A DNA stretch of 64,000 nt from Fidelibacterota bacterium (GTDB taxonomy: Bacteria > Fidelibacterota > Marinisomatia > Marinisomatales > TCS55): the NCBI GenBank assembly GCA_002730315.1, contig PBZW01000065.1, forward strand, positions 30-64,029, given 5' to 3'. Each line of letters opens with the position of its first letter. The stretch's first letter is position 1. Below are positions 57,484 to 64,000 of this stretch, piece by piece. The notes beneath the pieces were generated by a model, which saw only the letters and a list, made by a program, of their open reading frames with translations, searched no databases and was not told the origin of the DNA. A program made the translations under genes and the position numbers.

Positions 57484-60400
57484 TTGAATATTAAAAAACT
57501 AACTTTCCTTGGTTTCTACTTCTTTACGTTATTATTAGGTCAGGAAATGAACCTGACGAAAAAACAGTATTATGATCTGTACATAGCTAAACCAGGTTTT
57601 AACGATCGGACACCCAAGATCCTTGGAGCCCAGGATAGAAAACGCAGTGTTCTGGATAAGGGGAATGTGGTTCTGCGGTTATCAAATGCCGCTATTTACG
57701 GATATGACCCCTGGGGGTTATGTCACGAATTCCCAGCCGGCAGCATGATCATGGATGGCTGTTGCACGTATTATTGGACAGCGGGGCCTATTGTTGGAGC
57801 ATTAAAGGGTGGTGTGCCCTCTGTCAGTGTGGGTACCAAGTATTCCGCCAGGGACCATGATGAAGAGTTTGAACCTTTGCCAAATTATGATGCCGGTTAT
57901 GTGGATACAGATGCCAACATCGGTGTCGCCTTTAGTGATATTCCTGAATCCTGGCCGGATCAATGGCCTATCGAGTCAGCAAAGGGTGATACATTCATGT
58001 CCATTATCTACAACGCTTCTAAAGTGCCTGAAGATACGTTGTATTTTCCAGGTATAGAGTCGGAACTGGGTCCGGAAGGATTTCCCGATGCTCCCTGCGG
58101 ACTGGGTGTTAAGGCCGATCGGGAAGCCTATTTTGTAGTTACCGATAATGATCCGGAATACGGAAATACATTTGCCAGCAACAATGGTGTGGGGCCACTC
58201 GACATCCGTATTGATGTGTGGGTGCTGAACTACAGCAATACATTCGGTAATGATGGTTTTATCTTCATCCAGAAAATGACAAACGTTGGCAAGGATACTT
58301 TACAGGATCTGTATTTTGGAGTAAACAGTGATCCGGACACTCCGGAACAAGGCTGGAATGAATGGACCGATGATCTATGCCTGTTCATTGAACCAGATGA
58401 TCCCCACATTGCTGAAAAATTATCAGACACAACCGATGCCCATTTATTGGAAAACCTGGCTATCTTGTATGATCCCGATGATCAATCGGAAGGATTTAAA
58501 TCATCAGGCATTGCGTGGGTTGGGGTAAAATTCCTGGAGTGTACATATTATAAAAATGATGGCACAACTCAACCTTATGGAATTACTGCATTTCATACAG
58601 TTCCATGGGATGAGGACACCCAGAGCGATGTAGAAGCCTATAACATCCAGATGCTGGCAGGGATTGAGGAACCAGACAACACTGCACCACACTCATCTGA
58701 TGTATTATATAATAAACCATTTTCTTACGGCCCGGATGTTACCTGGATTATGACTGCGGGCGGACCGGAACATGTAAATACTGCTGGTCAAACAGTTCCG
58801 GCTTTGGATGTAGCACCAGGAGAATCAGTAGTTTTTACTTTTGCTGATTTTGTTGGCATCAATGAAGCTGATCTGCTGCGCAATGCCAAAGTTTTTCAAT
58901 CACTTTATAATAACAGTTGTTCCAGTCCACAGCCACCGGACCAGCCGTTGGTGCGCGCTGTCCAAGATGACAAAAAGATCGTATTATATTGGGACAATCG
59001 CAGCGAAGCGTCCATTGATCCGGTCACCGGATCAAATTCCTTTCAAGGTTACCGCGTATACCGCAGTACGGATCGTGGTTCCAGCTGGGGAAATATGATC
59101 ACTGATCTAAACGGTAATCCAACTGATATATATCAGCCTTTGGCTATTTATGATAAAACAGATGGTGTTTCCGGTCCTTTTGTTATGAATGACCCATTGA
59201 TCTATTATAACCTGGGTTCAGAATCCGGACTGCAGTACACATTTATTGATGAAAATATTATTAATGGGTATGAATACTGGTATGCGGTCACTGCATACGA
59301 TGGACCTGATGAGTGGTCGGGAGCACCCGTAGATCCGATGGAAAATTCAAAAGCCAAGGATGCCTATATTGCCAATGATAACACCGTGGCCTTAAGACCT
59401 CAGGCAGCTCCTGCTGGTTTCGAAAAAGGCGGTGTCGACAATGTAGACCACGTTGGATATTCCGATGCGACGCTGACACCCATTACAGCGGATCCATTTA
59501 TGGTCGAACTATTGGGATATTCAGAGGTGACTGAAGATGATTTGATCAGCAAGGGTTATACTTATCTAGTTGAGTTTCATGAACAAATAGATACGGTTGA
59601 TTCCAGCAACACAAATATGTCTGACTGGGACACAACCTACACACGTTATTGGTCTATGGTCAACACTACCACAGGTGATACAATCATACCTGAAGAAATG
59701 GATATTGTTTCCGAATCCCAGCATGTGGTGGACGGGTTTATTCCTTCCTTCTCCGGTGCGGTATGGGAAATTGAGCGGGAAGATTCCACAGTACTTACAC
59801 CCAACGATATTAATTCCGCCAGTAACATTCCTTTTGTCGGTTTAGGGCATCCCAGTGCAAGTGCAGCCACGTGGCGAAGTTATATGTCTACTCTCCCACC
59901 AAGTTCTGTGGGCGAGCTGGGAGGTAAACCAGTTTTAACCGATTTATGGAATGATCTGGAACTGCGCTTCACAAGTGAAGGATCAATGGCATCCTATTAC
60001 AATATTCTCACCCTTTACGGAATGCAGGAAATCGACAATATTCAGGTCCCCTTTGAATTATGGGATGTGGAAAACCAACAACGTTTAAATGTTGCTGCTT
60101 ACCAGACACAAGGAACTTCCAAACCCGAAGGTCAGGTTTGGGAATTGGACAGTGTAATAGTATTGGATTCATCTTTCGTGTATGGGGATTTAACAATTGA
60201 TACTTCCTGGGCTTACGGATACAGACTAAACACGGATTTTCAGTTCATTCCCGGATACACACCATACTCCGCTGAAAGTATCCTGCACTATACGGAAGAC
60301 ACAGATCAAATGGGCTGGGTAATAAATTGGAACAAGGATAATCATTACTTTAATCCTAGTGATCGATTACGTATCTATATCCCAAATCCCATTATTGTGG

Positions 60401-60777
60401 GCGAGGATACCTACACCATTACCACTTCAGTAGATGATTATAAAATTTCCGCGGGCGACCTGAAACAGATTAAGGTGGTTCCTAACCCTTACGTGGTCAC
60501 TTCTCTCTACGAGCAGATCGCCTATGTCAAAGAAATACATTTTACCCATTTACCAACGGAATGTGTTATACGGATCTATAACACGTCCGGTGAACTGGTG
60601 CAATTGTTGGAACACAATCCCAACAGCCCAGGATATCGCGGTCCCAGCGTGGAAGCATGGAATTTAATGACCTATAACAGCCAGGATGTGGCTTTTGGGG
60701 TTTATGTGTTTCATGTGGTTTCCGGCGGGTTTGATTCCGGTGAAGAGTTCACAGGAAAATTTGCGGTGATAAAATGA
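57484..60777 (+). CDS. Large secreted TBDR-partner protein with FN3-like domain and atypical C-terminal sorting domain
   Basis: Signal peptide; FQGYRVYRS...YWYAVTAYD; C-terminus IKVVPNPY...IRIYNTSGELV...WNL...GVYVFHV...GKFAVIK. Confidence 0.75.
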   Translation: MNIKKLTFLGFYFFTLLLGQEMNLTKKQYYDLYIAKPGFNDRTPKILGAQDRKRSVLDKGNVVLRLSNAAIYGYDPWGLCHEFPAGSMIMDGCCTYYWTAGPIVGALKGGVPSVSVGTKYSARDHDEEFEPLPNYDAGYVDTDANIGVAFSDIPESWPDQWPIESAKGDTFMSIIYNASKVPEDTLYFPGIESELGPEGFPDAPCGLGVKADREAYFVVTDNDPEYGNTFASNNGVGPLDIRIDVWVLNYSNTFGNDGFIFIQKMTNVGKDTLQDLYFGVNSDPDTPEQGWNEWTDDLCLFIEPDDPHIAEKLSDTTDAHLLENLAILYDPDDQSEGFKSSGIAWVGVKFLECTYYKNDGTTQPYGITAFHTVPWDEDTQSDVEAYNIQMLAGIEEPDNTAPHSSDVLYNKPFSYGPDVTWIMTAGGPEHVNTAGQTVPALDVAPGESVVFTFADFVGINEADLLRNAKVFQSLYNNSCSSPQPPDQPLVRAVQDDKKIVLYWDNRSEASIDPVTGSNSFQGYRVYRSTDRGSSWGNMITDLNGNPTDIYQPLAIYDKTDGVSGPFVMNDPLIYYNLGSESGLQYTFIDENIINGYEYWYAVTAYDGPDEWSGAPVDPMENSKAKDAYIANDNTVALRPQAAPAGFEKGGVDNVDHVGYSDATLTPITADPFMVELLGYSEVTEDDLISKGYTYLVEFHEQIDTVDSSNTNMSDWDTTYTRYWSMVNTTTGDTIIPEEMDIVSESQHVVDGFIPSFSGAVWEIEREDSTVLTPNDINSASNIPFVGLGHPSASAATWRSYMSTLPPSSVGELGGKPVLTDLWNDLELRFTSEGSMASYYNILTLYGMQEIDNIQVPFELWDVENQQRLNVAAYQTQGTSKPEGQVWELDSVIVLDSSFVYGDLTIDTSWAYGYRLNTDFQFIPGYTPYSAESILHYTEDTDQMGWVINWNKDNHYFNPSDRLRIYIPNPIIVGEDTYTITTSVDDYKISAGDLKQIKVVPNPYVVTSLYEQIAYVKEIHFTHLPTECVIRIYNTSGELVQLLEHNPNSPGYRGPSVEAWNLMTYNSQDVAFGVYVFHVVSGGFDSGEEFTGKFAVIK

Positions 60778-61859
60778 GACGATCATTTTTACCCATGCTG
60801 TTTTTCTATTCAATCTTATTTGGTCAATTTGACAACGCGGGCACGTCTGCAGCCAACTTCCTTAAAATAGGTGTAGGTGGAAGAGCAACTGCTATGGGCG
60901 GTGCTATTACCGGTCAAATAGATGATCCAACCAGTTTATTCTGGAATCCAGCTGGAATCGCGAATGCTAATGGCATAGAGATTGCGGTAAACCACACAGA
61001 CTGGATATTTGATTTTACCCATAGTTACTTTGCAGCAGTAATACCCGCTGGACGGGTCGGTCACTTTGGTTTAAGTATCAATTATCTCAATCTGGGAAAA
61101 ATGGAACGCACCACTGAACTACAGCCTGAAGGAGATGGAACTTCTTTTTCCGCATCTGATGTGGCCATTGGTCTTGCCTATGCAAAAAAGATGAGTGACC
61201 GCTTCAATTTTGGTGTACAATTAAAAATGATCCAGGAATCCATATCCTTTTCTTCTGCAAATGCACTCGCCTTTGATGTAGGCTCGCAATATATTACCCG
61301 TTTCTCGGGATTAAAGATCGGTATGTCCATCACCAACTTTGGAACTAAAATGAGCCTGAAAGGAACAGATCAGAAAGTGGATATTGATCCTTTTGAAGAT
61401 ATGGATGGCAATCCGGATGTAATTGCCACTCTGCGTACGGAAGATTGGCCCCTACCCATGGCATTTCGCCTTGGGCTCTCATTTCAGCCTTTAGGTCCGC
61501 AATCTCTGATTAAAAACAAGTTGCTTATTCTGACCGTGAATGCTGATTATTATGACTCCAGGGATCAAAATCCATTTTTTCTTGGCGGTGCAGAATTAAA
61601 AGTAAGTAATCTTATTTATCTACGGACCGGAGTAAGACAAGAATATCTGCACTATAGTGATTCCTTCGATGATCTGTCTACAGGAGAGTTAGAGGATATA
61701 GCCAATTCCGAACAATACGTTAATCGCTGGTCATGGGGATTCGGTCTCTCTTCTGAAAGTTTCCCGGCCATTCCCTACAAGTTGAACGTGGATTATTCCG
61801 TGTCAAACCTGGGTGTTCTGGGCATTAGTTCCCAGATAGGCCTGACCTTTAAATTATAA
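60774..61859 (+). CDS. PorV/PorQ family (FadL-like, UPF0164) outer-membrane barrel
   Basis: GTSAANFLKIGVGGRATAMGGA, DD.TSLFWNPAG and FDVG motifs; start overlaps the upstream stop (ATGA). Confidence 0.85.
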   Translation: MRRSFLPMLFFYSILFGQFDNAGTSAANFLKIGVGGRATAMGGAITGQIDDPTSLFWNPAGIANANGIEIAVNHTDWIFDFTHSYFAAVIPAGRVGHFGLSINYLNLGKMERTTELQPEGDGTSFSASDVAIGLAYAKKMSDRFNFGVQLKMIQESISFSSANALAFDVGSQYITRFSGLKIGMSITNFGTKMSLKGTDQKVDIDPFEDMDGNPDVIATLRTEDWPLPMAFRLGLSFQPLGPQSLIKNKLLILTVNADYYDSRDQNPFFLGGAELKVSNLIYLRTGVRQEYLHYSDSFDDLSTGELEDIANSEQYVNRWSWGFGLSSESFPAIPYKLNVDYSVSNLGVLGISSQIGLTFKL

Positions 61860-61874
61860 CCTTATTTTACAGAA

Positions 61875-62792
61875 TTAATTCTTCATTGAATGCTGAAAGA
61901 ATTTCCAGATTTCAGCGCTGGTATTTAAATCCCCATTACCTGATTTCACAGGCCAGCCCGGCGGCCATTCATGGTCGCCGCCAATGACCTTATAAAACCA
62001 AACTTCATTATTATTTCTTCCGCCAATATATTTATGTGAGACAACGATACTCCCGTCATTTGGATCTATATCGGCTAATGTGTCGATGATTGTGGTTGTG
62101 CATTCATTGCGCTTGACCCATAAATTGATGGTTCTTTCCACACCCATATAAGCCCCCCACTCATCACTATTGTCTTCATCGCCGGCATAATAAGTTGTGT
62201 TGTCCGCAGTGCCATGAACATGAAAAACAGGAACCGGATCATTTTCATTGCATGAATCATAGAACCATTCCATCATACAGCCGGTGATCGGGGCGATGGC
62301 TTTGAACACATCTGGCGCCTGGCAGCCCAGCAGATAGCTCATGTCGCCACCATTAGACATGCCGGAGCAAAAGGTTTTTTCAGGATCCAGGTTATATTTT
62401 TTTTGTAAAAACGTAGCCAAAGAAGTGATGAATTCTACATCATCCACAGTTTCATTTTTATGAACCTCATAACCTACATTCCAAAAATGTGTACCTTTTT
62501 TTGTATACTTCGTATCTTCGCTCCCACCTGTGCCTTGGGGATAACATACCGCAAAACCATTTTTGTCCGCCACTTTATCCATTTGCGAATATTCCCTGAT
62601 TCCGTTTGCTGAACCGCCTAAACCGTGCAGAACAAAAACCAATGGACTATTTTCTTGCAGACCGTCCGGTCGATGGAGAATGTATTGGCGAGTTTCACCA
62701 TTCATGTCAAAAGCAATTAAGTTTTGCTCTGTGGTGTTCTTGCACGACACAAATAAAACTATTGTGAGTGAGTTTAAAAGAAAATATTTCAT
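61875..62792 (-). CDS. Alpha/beta-hydrolase lipoprotein (LpqC/PHB depolymerase-like esterase)
   Basis: Lipobox FVS-C; VLHGLGG, YPQG, DDVEF, GMSNGG nucleophile, HGTAD and GDHEWP motifs. Confidence 0.85.
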   Translation of the reverse strand: MKYFLLNSLTIVLFVSCKNTTEQNLIAFDMNGETRQYILHRPDGLQENSPLVFVLHGLGGSANGIREYSQMDKVADKNGFAVCYPQGTGGSEDTKYTKKGTHFWNVGYEVHKNETVDDVEFITSLATFLQKKYNLDPEKTFCSGMSNGGDMSYLLGCQAPDVFKAIAPITGCMMEWFYDSCNENDPVPVFHVHGTADNTTYYAGDEDNSDEWGAYMGVERTINLWVKRNECTTTIIDTLADIDPNDGSIVVSHKYIGGRNNNEVWFYKVIGGDHEWPPGWPVKSGNGDLNTSAEIWKFFQHSMKN

Positions 62793-62843
62793 TTAGACTT
62801 TCGTTTTTTTCCAGTGGAATGTAAGAACAAAAGTGGGGGAAAC

Positions 62844-62878
62844 AAAAAAACTCCGCTACTTGGCGGGGCTCTTTTTTA
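62844..62878 (-). terminator. Probable terminator
   Basis: A7-CTCCGC-TACTTG-GCGGGG followed by a T-tract. Confidence 0.55.
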
Positions 62879-62907
62879 AATCCTATCCCTTTGGGTGGCT
62901 TATTTAA

Positions 62908-63678
62908 TTAATTTTGTGGTTGTTCCAGCTGGACCCGCAGATTTTCCATAACATACTGCAGCATCTTTCTTTGCACGCTCAAATAACCCAGCCGTGTTTC
63001 AATATTGATATAGCGGATGCCCTTGCTGGCCGCCAGCCGGGATAGTGTGCCGTCATCATTGGCTTGACTTTTCTGCAGGACAACATTGTACGGAGATTTG
63101 GATAAAATTTTAAAATCATTTTCATCGGTACAGATAAAAAAGTTGTGGTGCTGGGGATGCTCGCTGTTTTTAAGAGAAATTTCATCACTATTGGCCAATT
63201 CATCTTTTATCGAATAGTTGCGAATACTATTATGCAAAGCAATCAGCAGCCCACCCGGCGGCGGTTTGACAGTATCAAAAAATCTGTCCCGCTCTTTGTC
63301 CAGCAAGTCCAGCGTTTGATTTAATTCAGAACTGGATAAGTTGGCGTTCATTTTTTGCAGGTTGCTCTTGGCGCCATTCCTGGAAAACATGCGGTTGGGA
63401 TCAAGCAGCAATCCGCCTACCTTTACTTCGCGTTCTTCATTATTGATTAAAAAAGCTTTTCCAGGCTGTGTCTTAATATGGTCATCCAAAAGCAGCCTGG
63501 CCGTTTTTTCATCGCCGTGGAGCCAGATGTAATGGATGTTCGAGCTGGCGTGTTCTACTACCTGGAATTCAACCCCGGCTATATCTATAAAATCACTTTT
63601 TATGTTCTTCGCATCTGGTTCAGCAGAAGATCCAATAACAAATAATAGTGGAAATAAAATAAACAAACGATTTGGCAT
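62908..63678 (-). CDS. Secreted protein with M14-like zinc carboxypeptidase/desuccinylase motifs
   Basis: LHGDE, DPNRMF, IALHN and YINIE match the HxxE...NR...H...E arrangement. Confidence 0.55.
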   Translation of the reverse strand: MPNRLFILFPLLFVIGSSAEPDAKNIKSDFIDIAGVEFQVVEHASSNIHYIWLHGDEKTARLLLDDHIKTQPGKAFLINNEEREVKVGGLLLDPNRMFSRNGAKSNLQKMNANLSSSELNQTLDLLDKERDRFFDTVKPPPGGLLIALHNSIRNYSIKDELANSDEISLKNSEHPQHHNFFICTDENDFKILSKSPYNVVLQKSQANDDGTLSRLAASKGIRYINIETRLGYLSVQRKMLQYVMENLRVQLEQPQN

Positions 63679-63706
63679 TGAGGTCTTAATTAGATAATAA
63701 TTACAA

Positions 63707-64000
63707 TTATTTTAATAAAATCATTTTCTGGACTTTAGAAAAACTGCCTGCTTGAATACGGTAAAAATACATTCCAGCACTGACTGTTTGACCCTTATCA
63801 TTTCTACCATTCCATTTGACAGATTTGAACCCAGCTTCCTGTTTTTCATTTACTAATGTTCTTACATCCCTGCCTAGCATGTCGTAAATGAAAATATTTA
63901 CATTAGCCTGTTCTGGTAAATCATACCGAAGTGTTGTTATTGGGTTGAATGGGTTGGGGTAGTTTTGATGGAGATTAATGATTTCTGGTATTTGTGTTTC
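63707..64000 (-). CDS. C-terminal end of a protein with a T9SS type A/FlgD-like sorting domain (partial)
   Basis: Manual translation ...LHQNYPNPFNPITTLRYDLPEQANVNIFIYDMLGRDV...VSAGMYFYRIQAGSFSKVQKMILLK*. Confidence 0.9.
   Translation of the reverse strand, partial: ETQIPEIINLHQNYPNPFNPITTLRYDLPEQANVNIFIYDMLGRDVRTLVNEKQEAGFKSVKWNGRNDKGQTVSAGMYFYRIQAGSFSKVQKMILLK

Noticed and set aside
247-63532. Many short antisense or alternate-frame ORFs in the track (for example 641-1084, 4249-4692, 21391-21813, 54279-54746, 50786-51034)
   Set aside because: They are shadows of well-supported genes and carry no recognisable motifs.
1-64000. CRISPR array, cas genes, IS elements or prophage
   Set aside because: No regularly spaced repeats and no transposase, integrase or phage structural motifs were seen.

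Overview
Bacterial chromosomal segment from an FCB-superphylum diderm, most likely Candidatus Marinimicrobia (Neomarinimicrobiota). This placement is an inference from the FlgD/T9SS-type C-terminal sorting domains, the PorV-like gene, the bS22-like ORF and DUF2851/DUF3098. Positions 1-49.7 kb are mostly minus-strand core operons: nuoABCD, nadK-xseBA, HU, a frameshifted mltD, serS, tsaD, rpsA-cmk, rluB-scpB-scpA-trpS, fur-feoAB, pcrA and mltG. They are interrupted by a visibly AT-rich Wzx/Wzy polysaccharide locus (12-26 kb) and a cobalamin-riboswitch-controlled btuB-like gene. After tRNA-Asp(GTC) an accessory cell-surface region begins. The best candidates for undescribed biology are: (1) a three-gene module of TonB-dependent receptor, large partner with an atypical sorting domain, and dedicated PorV-like barrel; (2) a Wzz chain-length protein fused to an N-terminal helix-turn-helix; (3) two paralogous beta-barrel genes with nucleotide-identical frameworks and divergent loops; (4) a long structured leader RNA before the priming glycosyltransferase. 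No CRISPR array, reverse transcriptase, integrase or transposase was seen. All calls come from motif recognition by eye; no searches were run.
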